From: Alistipes sp.
Lineage (GTDB): Bacteria > Bacteroidota > Bacteroidia > Bacteroidales > Rikenellaceae
Direction: 5' to 3'
Length of the DNA: 64,000 bases
NCBI GenBank assembly: GCA_017465575.1
Contig: JAFTVX010000015.1
Coordinates: forward strand, 15,835 to 79,834
Shown here: piece after piece, positions 26,882 through 35,890 of the stretch
How positions within the stretch are numbered: position 1 is the stretch's first letter
Layout of the letters: every line of letters starts with the position of its first letter
Made by a program: the position numbers and the translations under genes
The notes under the pieces: generated by a model
What the model was told of the DNA's origin: nothing
The model's database searches: none
Seen by the model: only the letters and a program-made list of their open reading frames with translations

Positions 26882-29800
26882 ATGAAAAACTTGACTTACA
26901 GAATCGCCTTGATCCTTGCGATCTTGTGCGCGGGCAGTGTTTCGGCATTTGCTCAACAAGTGAAGGGTACCGTAAATGACGCGGCAGGCTCACCGATTAT
27001 CGGCGCGGCTGTTGTTGTCGAGGGTACAACCGTCGGCACAACTACAGCCACAGACGGTAGCTTTACCATCAACGCTAACGAAGGTCAGTCGCTGGTGGTA
27101 TCGTACATCGGTTACATTCCCCAGACCGTAGAGGTTGTTGGCGGAAAGACCGTTTACGACATTGTTCTTGAGGAGGATACTCAGAACATCGACGAGATTG
27201 TTGTCGTGGGTTACGGCACGCAGAAGAAGAGCGTGGTAACTGCCGCTATCTCTTCAATCACGGCTGATGACCTTAAGGCTCAGTCGAACAACCGTATCGA
27301 GAGCGTACTTCAGGGTATGACCTCTGGTGTTACCGTAACTGCTCCCTCGGGTGCTCCCGATGCAGCGGCTCAGGTACGCGTGCGTGGTGTCGGCTCAATC
27401 AACAACTCTGAGCCCTTGTACATCGTCGACGGTATGGCAATCTCGGGTGGTATCGACTACCTCAACCCCAACGACATCGAGCGTATCGAGGTGTTGAAGG
27501 ATGCCGCTTCGGGTGCTGTTTATGGTGCTCGTGCAGCTAACGGCGTTATCCTTGTTACTACCAAGAAGGGTCAGAAGGGTAAGGCAACCGTTAACTACGA
27601 CTTCTCTTATGGTTGGCAGAATCCTTGGCGCAAGCCCAATGTCTTGAATGCTACGGAGTATGCAATCATCATGAACGAGGGTTACATCAACGCAGGTCAG
27701 GCTCCCATCTACGACAATCCTTATGAGTTTGGCGAGGGTACCGACTGGGTTGACGAGGTTTTGAACCACAACGCCCCCATTATGAAGCACGACCTTTCGA
27801 TTTCGGGTGCTAACGACAATGTCAACTACGCACTTTCGGCAGGTTATCTTACTCGCGAGGGTACCGTAGGTGGTAACTTCGGTCGTTCTAACTACGAGCG
27901 TATCACCGTTCGCTCTAACATCGGCGTAACCGTTTGGGATAAGTCTAAGGAGCGCAACTGGTTCAACAAGCTCACCGTTCAGACCTCTGCTTCTTACGCG
28001 CGTATATTAGCAACAGGTATCGACGCCAACTCTGAGTATGGCTCACCCCTTGGTTCGGCTATCTCAATGTCGCCGCTGTTGGATGTTTACGCAACTCCCG
28101 AGGAGGAGGAGGCTTACAAGACTCTCTACCCCGAGGGCTACCAGCACATCGTTCGCGATGCTGACGGTCGCGCTTACACAGTAGTTGATGGTGGTGTTTA
28201 CAACGAGCAGACCAACCCCTTGGCATTCCTCTCGTTGCCCGGCACAAAGTATGAGACTGATAAGTTCATCGCTAACTTCGCTGGCGAGCTTCAGATTATC
28301 GACGGTCTTAAGTTCCGTTCATCGGTAGGTATCGACCTCGCATTCTGGGGCAACCATGGCTACTCAAAGCAGTATTTCCTCTCTTCAAAGCGTTACAGCT
28401 ACAACACTGTTGCTTCGGAGACTACTTATGACAAGGACGGCAACGAGACCGTTACCGAGAAGACCAACTACGCTGAGTCTGCTTCACAGGAGATGAACCG
28501 TGGCTTCCAGTATCAGGTTGAGAATGTCCTCTCTTATGACAAGACCTTCGGCAAGCACTCTTTGGCTATCCTCGTTGGTCAGTCAGCTATCTCTTCTACA
28601 TCACAGAATGTGGGCGCTAATGCTCGCGGTTTGATGTATCCTTATGATCCCTATAAGATTACCGTAAACAACACCCTCGGTCAGCAGGCTGATGGCGACC
28701 GCAACGGTTGGGGCTCTTGGAACTCAATTCCTTATCGTTTGGCTTCTTACTTCGGTCGTGTATCGTACAACTACGATGAGCGCTATATGGCTGAGGTAAC
28801 CTTCCGTCGTGATGGTTCAAGCCGCTTTGGTGACAACAACAAGTGGGGTAACTTCCCATCAGTATCTGTTGGTTGGAACATCAAGAACGAGGCATTTATG
28901 GATAACGCTGAGTGGTTGTCAGCCTTGAAGCTCCGTGCATCTTGGGGTATCAACGGTAACGACGCTATCGGTAACTTCGTATATGCCGTATATATGAACT
29001 CTGGTAACAACTATCCTTTCGGCTCTGGTGGCAACGGCTCGGAGACTATCACTCTCGGTTCTAAGCCCTCTGGTCTTGCTAACCCCAATGCTCGTTGGGA
29101 GGAGTCTCGTCAGACTAATGTCGGTTTGGACGCTGGTTTCTTCAAGAACCGCTTGACCTTCACCTTCGACTGGTATAGCAAGAAGACCGCTGGTATGCTT
29201 CTCTCAATGCCCGTTCCCGGTTATGCTGGTGACTCAGCACCTACTGGTAACCTCGGCGATATGGTGAACAGCGGTATCGAGTTTGAGATTGGCTGGCGCG
29301 ACTCGGCAGGCGAGTTCAACTACCACATCTCGGCTAACGCTACTTGGAATAAGAACAAGCTTACTTACCTCGGTGACGACTCTACTCACCTCTACGGTTC
29401 TAACCACAAGATTGGTCAGCTTACCCGTGGTTCTATCGGTTTGCCATTCCCCTACTTCTATGGTTATGAGTCTGATGGCATCTTCCAGAATATGGACGAG
29501 GTGAACTCTTATGTGAACGCTGACGGCGCTTTGTTGCAGCCCAAGGCAGCTCCTGGTGATGTTCGCTTCAAGGATTTGGATGGCAACGGCGTAATCGACG
29601 ATAACGACCGTACTATGATTGGTAAGGGTATGCCCGACTGGACCTTCGGCTTGAACCTCGGCTTCGAGTGGAAGGGTCTCGACTTCAATATGTTGTTGCA
29701 GGGTCAGGCAGGTTGCCAGATCTTCAATGTATCGCGTCGTACCGACCTTTACTATGTGAACCTCAACAAGTCTATCCTTAACCGTTGGACTGGTGAGGGT

Positions 29801-30124
29801 TCTACCAACGAGTATCCTCGCTTTATGTTCGACTCGGCAAATGAGAACTACCGCGTTTCTGACCTCTGGTTGGAGGACGGCTCATTCTTGCGTGCCCGTA
29901 ATGTGCAGTTGGGTTACACTTTGCCCCAGCACCTCACAAAGAAGGCAGGTATCTCTCGTCTCCGCGTATTCGTGATGGCAGAGAACCTCTTCACTCTCAC
30001 AAAGTACACAGGTTGCGATCCTGAGGTTACCGGTGGTAACGGCTTCGGCACTGAGGTAGGTATCGACCGTGGTGTATATCCTCAGTCACGCACCTACTCT
30101 GTTGGTGTAAACCTCACATTCTAA
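26882..30124 (+). CDS. susC: SusC/RagA family TonB-linked outer membrane protein
   Basis: Signal peptide, a carboxypeptidase-regulatory-like domain (VKGTVNDAAGSPIIGAAVVVEG), a TonB box/plug (IVVVGYGTQKK) and a C-terminal beta-barrel ending in ...VNLTF. 1080 aa. Confidence 0.9.
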   Translation: MKNLTYRIALILAILCAGSVSAFAQQVKGTVNDAAGSPIIGAAVVVEGTTVGTTTATDGSFTINANEGQSLVVSYIGYIPQTVEVVGGKTVYDIVLEEDTQNIDEIVVVGYGTQKKSVVTAAISSITADDLKAQSNNRIESVLQGMTSGVTVTAPSGAPDAAAQVRVRGVGSINNSEPLYIVDGMAISGGIDYLNPNDIERIEVLKDAASGAVYGARAANGVILVTTKKGQKGKATVNYDFSYGWQNPWRKPNVLNATEYAIIMNEGYINAGQAPIYDNPYEFGEGTDWVDEVLNHNAPIMKHDLSISGANDNVNYALSAGYLTREGTVGGNFGRSNYERITVRSNIGVTVWDKSKERNWFNKLTVQTSASYARILATGIDANSEYGSPLGSAISMSPLLDVYATPEEEEAYKTLYPEGYQHIVRDADGRAYTVVDGGVYNEQTNPLAFLSLPGTKYETDKFIANFAGELQIIDGLKFRSSVGIDLAFWGNHGYSKQYFLSSKRYSYNTVASETTYDKDGNETVTEKTNYAESASQEMNRGFQYQVENVLSYDKTFGKHSLAILVGQSAISSTSQNVGANARGLMYPYDPYKITVNNTLGQQADGDRNGWGSWNSIPYRLASYFGRVSYNYDERYMAEVTFRRDGSSRFGDNNKWGNFPSVSVGWNIKNEAFMDNAEWLSALKLRASWGINGNDAIGNFVYAVYMNSGNNYPFGSGGNGSETITLGSKPSGLANPNARWEESRQTNVGLDAGFFKNRLTFTFDWYSKKTAGMLLSMPVPGYAGDSAPTGNLGDMVNSGIEFEIGWRDSAGEFNYHISANATWNKNKLTYLGDDSTHLYGSNHKIGQLTRGSIGLPFPYFYGYESDGIFQNMDEVNSYVNADGALLQPKAAPGDVRFKDLDGNGVIDDNDRTMIGKGMPDWTFGLNLGFEWKGLDFNMLLQGQAGCQIFNVSRRTDLYYVNLNKSILNRWTGEGSTNEYPRFMFDSANENYRVSDLWLEDGSFLRARNVQLGYTLPQHLTKKAGISRLRVFVMAENLFTLTKYTGCDPEVTGGNGFGTEVGIDRGVYPQSRTYSVGVNLTF

Positions 30125-30135
30125 TTTAAAACCGT

Positions 30136-31644
30136 ATGACTATGAAAAAGATATTTTTTGCACTTTGTGCCATCGCTGTAATGCTCTCGTCTTGCGGTAA
30201 GGATTTCGTTACCGTCAAGCACAACTCTTCGGAGCCGATGGACGAGTACTTCATCAACCAGGAGCGTATGTACCAGTCGTTGGTTGCAGCTTACGACTCA
30301 CTCAACTGGCTTGACTACTTCGATCAGTATGTAAACGCATTGACCCTTACACCCGATGTAATGGCCGACGATATCTACTGTGGTGGTTCTAACGAGGGTG
30401 ACCAGCCTTCTATCGTTAAGACTCACTACTATACACTTACCTCTACCGAGCAGCTCGACCGTATCTGGACTATCTGCTACTCGGGTGTTAATCGCTCTTG
30501 CATCGTTTTGGAGTATGTAGACAAAGTTCCTGGTATGGACGAGGCTTTGAAGAATCGTTACATCGCCGAGGCTACAGTTTTGAAGGCGTTCTACTACAAC
30601 ATTATGTGGAAGTATTGGGGTAATATTCCTTACTATGATAAGAACCTCACTGCTCCCTACTTCACCAAGCAGCTCACCGCTGACGAGGTTTACGCTAAGT
30701 GCGTAGAGAACCTTGAGTCGGTATTCGAGATGGATGCACTTCCTATGAAGGCTGTTGCTGGCGAGGAGGGTCGCGTAACCAAGGCTATGGCCTATATGCT
30801 CTATGCCGAGATGGTTATGTACCAGAACGACGAGGAGCGTTACGACGAGGCACTCGGTTATATGGAGGAGATTATCAACTCTGGCGAGTATGCTCTTGTT
30901 TCGGACTTCGCAGGTATCTGGTTGGAGTCTGGTGAGTGGGGCTCAGAGTCAGTTTGGGAGATCAACTACACCTCTGAGGGTGCTCCCCGTTCTTGGGGTT
31001 CGCCTTTGACAACTGGTGGTACTGTTTATCCTATGCTTATCGGTATCCCCGGTGCTACCGAGGCGAGCGGTTTCTCTGATGGTTGGGGCTTCGGTCCTGT
31101 TGCTAAGCACGCTTATGAGATGTATGCTGAGGACGATATCCGTCGCGATGGTGGTATCCTCAACTACAACGCTATCTACGATCCTATTCCCGAGGAGAAG
31201 ATGCGTTGGCAGGGTACTGGTTACTACTTGTTGAAGTATGTAGCTCGTCGTAATGGCAACCACGGCCAGATTGCCGATGGTGATATGAACCACTGCAACA
31301 ATGTCCGCGTATACCGCTATGCGGAGACTTTGCTCAACGCAGCAGAGTTGGCAGTTCTCACTGGCAAGGATGGCTCACGCTACTTGCAGCAGGTTCGCGA
31401 CCGTGCAAATTGCAAGGACACTGGTACTGATCAGGAGGCTATCATCGCCGAGCGCCGTAAGGAGTTCTTGGGCGAGGGTAAGCGTTACTGGGATTTGGTT
31501 CGTACTGGTATGGCAGAGTCAGTTTTGGCAGCAGGTACTCACGAGTGGCGTACCGAGGGCTGGCACGCAGGCAAGAAGTACTGGCCATTGCCTCAGGCAG
31601 AGCTTGACAAGGATCCTAACCTTACACCTAATGTAGGTTACTAA
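30136..31644 (+). CDS. susD: SusD/RagB family nutrient-binding outer membrane lipoprotein
   Basis: Lipoprotein signal (LSSCG), directly downstream of susC. The C-terminal region has the EFLGEGKRYWDLVR motif typical of SusD-like proteins. Confidence 0.9.
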   Translation: MTMKKIFFALCAIAVMLSSCGKDFVTVKHNSSEPMDEYFINQERMYQSLVAAYDSLNWLDYFDQYVNALTLTPDVMADDIYCGGSNEGDQPSIVKTHYYTLTSTEQLDRIWTICYSGVNRSCIVLEYVDKVPGMDEALKNRYIAEATVLKAFYYNIMWKYWGNIPYYDKNLTAPYFTKQLTADEVYAKCVENLESVFEMDALPMKAVAGEEGRVTKAMAYMLYAEMVMYQNDEERYDEALGYMEEIINSGEYALVSDFAGIWLESGEWGSESVWEINYTSEGAPRSWGSPLTTGGTVYPMLIGIPGATEASGFSDGWGFGPVAKHAYEMYAEDDIRRDGGILNYNAIYDPIPEEKMRWQGTGYYLLKYVARRNGNHGQIADGDMNHCNNVRVYRYAETLLNAAELAVLTGKDGSRYLQQVRDRANCKDTGTDQEAIIAERRKEFLGEGKRYWDLVRTGMAESVLAAGTHEWRTEGWHAGKKYWPLPQAELDKDPNLTPNVGY

Positions 31645-31685
31645 TCACTTGGCGATCAAATAATAACTTAAAAATTGAAGTAATT

Positions 31686-34247
31686 ATGAAGCGATTGTTT
31701 AAATATATGGCCGCAGCGATTGTAGCTGTGTCGACGCTCGCTATCGGTTGTACTCCCGACTATATCGAGCCCGACCAGGACAAGGCGCCTTCGGCAGAGA
31801 ATTTTGATGTTACCATCGTTGCCGACCAGTCGACAAACTATGTTACCTTCACCCTCAACAACAAGGGTATGGTTCCTATGTTTATCTTCGGCGATCAGGC
31901 TGTTGATGGTAAGGCAAACAAGACATATGCTTACACAGGCAATGGTCTTTCGTTGCGCTTCCGTGATGCTGGCACCTACTCAGTAGAGGTTAAGGCATAC
32001 AACGCACACGGTGTATCGGTAGGCTCAAAGGTTTATGAGTTTACCTTGGAGAACACCTATCGTGATCCATTCGATGCTTCGCCCTATATGAAGGCGTTGG
32101 CTAACACTTGGCAGTGGGATAAGGAGACTGACGGCCACTTTGGTTGCGGTTCTATCAACGCTGAGACTGGTCAGGCTACTACCGACGGTACCGACTGGTG
32201 GAAGTGCGGTCCTAACGGCAAGGATGGCGCAGGTATGTACGACGATACTATCACCTTCACCGAGGCTGGTGAGTACACCTACAATCCTGGCGAGGACGGT
32301 GTAGTATATGTAAACTGGGGTATGGCTGCAGGTGGCAACTATCCTGGCAACTATGCTGACGATGAGCAGGACTATCAGGCTCCTATCGAGGCCTTCACTT
32401 GTGCTTACTCTATCGAGAACAACTGGAACTCAGCAGGTATCGAGGAGATCTACCTCGTTCTTGAGCCTGGTCACAACCTCTCGTACATTCCTCACCAGAC
32501 TGCTATCGACAATCCTCGTTATCGTTTCCTTGAGACCAATGTAGGTAACATTCGCAAGACCTTGTCGTTGGTAAATGAGGAGCCCACAGAGAATGGCGGT
32601 GGCGGTATCGCTTGGAAGTATCAGTTTGTTCCCTTCGTACATGTTGCAGGTCCTGAGGAGTTGCTCGCAGGCACCGATGCTGCAGGTAAGGTATGGGTAA
32701 TGGATAATATGGCACCCGGTCACCTTGGTTGTGGTGATTCTGTTACAAATCCCGCTGGTTGGTGGTCAGCAGGTGCTGATGAGAAGGCTGGCTTCGGTAT
32801 GTACGATGATGAGATTACCTTCACTCCTGATGGTAAGTACATCTACAATCCTGGTCCTGATGGCAAGATGTATATCAACTGGGGTGTAACCAAGATTGGT
32901 CCTAATCCTGGTGCAGAGCCCGATATCGACATCGATTGGGAGCTCACCGAGAGCACTTATACTTTCGATGGTGAGACTATCACTCTTGCAGCTAATACTC
33001 CTATGGTATATGTACCTTCGGATTATGTTTGGGATAATCCCGTATTCCATGTAACCGAGATTTCGGAGACCAAGCTTGTTGTTGTAGCCGAGAATCCTGG
33101 TTGCTACTGGCAGATGATCTTCAAGGCTCGCGATATCAAGGCTCCCGCCGTTACTTTCGACGGTCAGGATGTTGCTTCTAGCTTCGCAGAGCTTACAATC
33201 GCCAAGGATCAGGTTATCCCCGTTACTGGTGTTAACTTTGAGGAGGCTTGGATTGACCCCGACTTCTTCGAGGTTGTTGATGCTGCGAACTTAAAGTTCT
33301 TGGCAGAGACTGGCGACTACCGCGTATCGTGGGACGGCAAGTGGTTCAAGGTTGTTCCTATGTTCAACGGCGAGAAGGCTACCTATGAGAATGGTAAGGC
33401 TTTGTGGATCATCGGCGACGGTGGTGGTAAGCCTACTGTTGATAACCTTATCGGCTGGAACACTGGCGAGGCTCCACTTCCTTGCGCTAAGATTGGCGAG
33501 AACACCTATCGTATCACTTTGGCCATGAAGGCTGAGGGTGGCTCGGTTAAGGTATTCGGTCAGGCAGACTGGGGCGTTGAGTGGACATATGATAAATACG
33601 GCACTGTCAATGCAAACGATCTCTTCTATGTAAATGAGGGCGAGACCGACAACGGTAATATAAAGACTGGCAATGCAGAGCCCGGTTACTACACATTCTA
33701 CTTCACCGACAACGACGGCATCCTCGATATGGAGGTTAAGAAGCTTGCTGTTAAGCCTTCGGAGCTTGACCCCGCAGCTGCTACCAACCTCTGGAAGGGT
33801 GGCTACCCCGTAACCTACTGGTTCGCTGATGGTGGTTGGGCACAGATTGCTGATCCCGAGGTAGAGTTCGACGGTGCAAACTTCAAGCTCACTATCCCCG
33901 AGGGTATCGGTGGTGCTCAGTGGCAGGGTCAGGTGGCTATCCTCACCGACATCAACACTGAGGAGGGCAAGTCATACGACTTCCAGGTTAAGCTCTACTC
34001 TGAGACTGACCAGAAGGCTGACGCTATCACCATCAAGCTTTGCAACGGCTTGGAGGGTGCTGCTGATGATCCCTTCTACTTCGATCCTAAGGTAGGCGTT
34101 ACCTCATTCGAGGAGTTCACCTACTTGCAGTGGGGATTCGCTGGTAAGAATTGTACTCCTGCGAAGCTTGTTCTCGACTTCGGTGGCTGCGTTCCTGGTA
34201 GCGTAGTAGAGGTTCGTGACATCGTTCTTCAGGAGCATGTAGAGTAA
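31686..34247 (+). CDS. PUL-encoded surface lipoprotein, putative glycan-binding protein (SGBP-like) with an internal duplication
   Basis: Lipobox (LAIGC) and position after susD. Two paralogous modules contain GCG...WW...GMYDD.ITFT..G.Y.YNPG.DG..Y.NWG. No catalytic motif was recognised. Confidence 0.55.
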   Translation: MKRLFKYMAAAIVAVSTLAIGCTPDYIEPDQDKAPSAENFDVTIVADQSTNYVTFTLNNKGMVPMFIFGDQAVDGKANKTYAYTGNGLSLRFRDAGTYSVEVKAYNAHGVSVGSKVYEFTLENTYRDPFDASPYMKALANTWQWDKETDGHFGCGSINAETGQATTDGTDWWKCGPNGKDGAGMYDDTITFTEAGEYTYNPGEDGVVYVNWGMAAGGNYPGNYADDEQDYQAPIEAFTCAYSIENNWNSAGIEEIYLVLEPGHNLSYIPHQTAIDNPRYRFLETNVGNIRKTLSLVNEEPTENGGGGIAWKYQFVPFVHVAGPEELLAGTDAAGKVWVMDNMAPGHLGCGDSVTNPAGWWSAGADEKAGFGMYDDEITFTPDGKYIYNPGPDGKMYINWGVTKIGPNPGAEPDIDIDWELTESTYTFDGETITLAANTPMVYVPSDYVWDNPVFHVTEISETKLVVVAENPGCYWQMIFKARDIKAPAVTFDGQDVASSFAELTIAKDQVIPVTGVNFEEAWIDPDFFEVVDAANLKFLAETGDYRVSWDGKWFKVVPMFNGEKATYENGKALWIIGDGGGKPTVDNLIGWNTGEAPLPCAKIGENTYRITLAMKAEGGSVKVFGQADWGVEWTYDKYGTVNANDLFYVNEGETDNGNIKTGNAEPGYYTFYFTDNDGILDMEVKKLAVKPSELDPAAATNLWKGGYPVTYWFADGGWAQIADPEVEFDGANFKLTIPEGIGGAQWQGQVAILTDINTEEGKSYDFQVKLYSETDQKADAITIKLCNGLEGAADDPFYFDPKVGVTSFEEFTYLQWGFAGKNCTPAKLVLDFGGCVPGSVVEVRDIVLQEHVE

Positions 34248-34342
34248 CCTTCTAACCATAAAGGCAAGCAGGGCAACACTTGCTCTGCTTGCCTTTATTA
34301 TCTTTACTAATTAACGAAACATAACTTATTGAGTTTACTGAA

Positions 34343-35857
34343 ATGAGAGTAAAACACTACCTTATAAGCATTTTGGCAATGACCCTGTCGTTGGTTGCGA
34401 CAGCGTGTGGAGAGAGTAAGGAGGAGCCACAGCAGACAGAGGGCAACATCACGCTCAGCGCTGAGATTTTGAATGTTAGCTACGAGAAGCAGACACAAAA
34501 TATCACTGTTGAGGCTGATGGCGAGTGGGGCGTATACCCACAAGTAGACTGGGTTAAGGCACAGCCGAGTGGTGGTGTTTCGGGCACAACAACCGTGAAG
34601 CTCTCAATCGAGGAGAACAAGACGGGCGATGTGCGTGAGGGTGTCGTGGAGTTCCGCCGCAAGAGCAAGACCTTGGAGCTTAAGGTTAAGCAGAACTACG
34701 ATATCGAGGCGGTGGAGATTGCTGACGCGAACTTCCTTGCTGCACTCGTTGAGAAGCACGATGCGGATGGCGATGGCATACTATCTACGAAGGAGGCTGG
34801 CGAGATTCGCAAGATTGAGTGCTCGGGCAAGAGCATTTCAAATATGAGCGAGCTTTCGACATACTTTACCGAAATCACCTATCTCGACTGCTCGGATAAC
34901 GCTCTTACCGAACTTGATGTAACGAAACTCACCAAGTTGGAGTATCTCGACTGCTCGGGCAACGACCTCAAGGAGTTGGATATTCAGCGTTTGCAGAAGC
35001 TTGCGACTTTGGACTGCACCGATAACGCCAACCTCGAGAAGATTTATGTATGGTTCAACTTCTCGGCTCCCGAGGGCTTCTCGAAACCCGATAGTGCGGA
35101 GTATGTAGAGCCCGCAATCGCTGCTCCCGAGGGCTATGAGCTTGTATGGCACGACGAGTTCGACACCGCGGGCGTATCAACACCCTCTACCGACAACTGG
35201 TGGTACGAGACTGGCGATGGTGGCTGGGGCAACAACGAGCTTCAGGACTATGTGTCGGGCGGTAAGTACAACGGCACACGCATCGCCGAGGTATCTGACG
35301 GCACACTGAAGATTACGGCACAGAAGATTGACGGCAAGGTGCGCTCTGTTCGTATGAACACCGTACAGGGCTGGACATACGGTTACTTCGAGGGTCGCCT
35401 CAAATTGTGCAAGGGCAAGGGTACCTGGCCTGCATTCTGGATGATGCCTAAGAATTTCCGTGCTTGGCCCGATGATGGCGAGATTGATATTATGGAGCAT
35501 GTAGGCTACCACGAGAACTATGTATCGTCGTCAATCCACTGCAAGGCCTACTACCACTCTATCGGCACGCAGAAGACCAACGAGATACATATCCCGACTG
35601 CTACCTCGGAGTTCCACACCTACGCCGTAGAGTGGACACCCGAATATATGAAGTTCTACTTCGATGGCAAGCTACACTTTAGCTTCAATAACGACGGCAA
35701 GGGCGACTACAACACTTGGCCCTTCGACAACCCCTTCTATCTCAAGCTCAACCTTGCGTGGGGCGGTAACTGGGGCGGTGCTATGGGCATCGACGAGTCG
35801 TGCCTACCCGCAACCTACGAGATTGACTATGTGCGTGTTTTCAAGAAGATTGAGTAG
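34343..35857 (+). CDS. Glycoside hydrolase family 16 (laminarinase-type endo-beta-1,3-glucanase) with N-terminal BACON-like and leucine-rich-repeat modules
   Basis: Lipobox (VATAC), a BACON-like segment, LRR units (LDCSDNALTELDVTKLTKLEYLDCSGNDLKELD) and the GH16 catalytic motif GEIDIMEH. Confidence 0.85.
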   Translation: MRVKHYLISILAMTLSLVATACGESKEEPQQTEGNITLSAEILNVSYEKQTQNITVEADGEWGVYPQVDWVKAQPSGGVSGTTTVKLSIEENKTGDVREGVVEFRRKSKTLELKVKQNYDIEAVEIADANFLAALVEKHDADGDGILSTKEAGEIRKIECSGKSISNMSELSTYFTEITYLDCSDNALTELDVTKLTKLEYLDCSGNDLKELDIQRLQKLATLDCTDNANLEKIYVWFNFSAPEGFSKPDSAEYVEPAIAAPEGYELVWHDEFDTAGVSTPSTDNWWYETGDGGWGNNELQDYVSGGKYNGTRIAEVSDGTLKITAQKIDGKVRSVRMNTVQGWTYGYFEGRLKLCKGKGTWPAFWMMPKNFRAWPDDGEIDIMEHVGYHENYVSSSIHCKAYYHSIGTQKTNEIHIPTATSEFHTYAVEWTPEYMKFYFDGKLHFSFNNDGKGDYNTWPFDNPFYLKLNLAWGGNWGGAMGIDESCLPATYEIDYVRVFKKIE

Positions 35858-35890
35858 CGCAAAAGGACAACAAACAAAACAGATACTATT

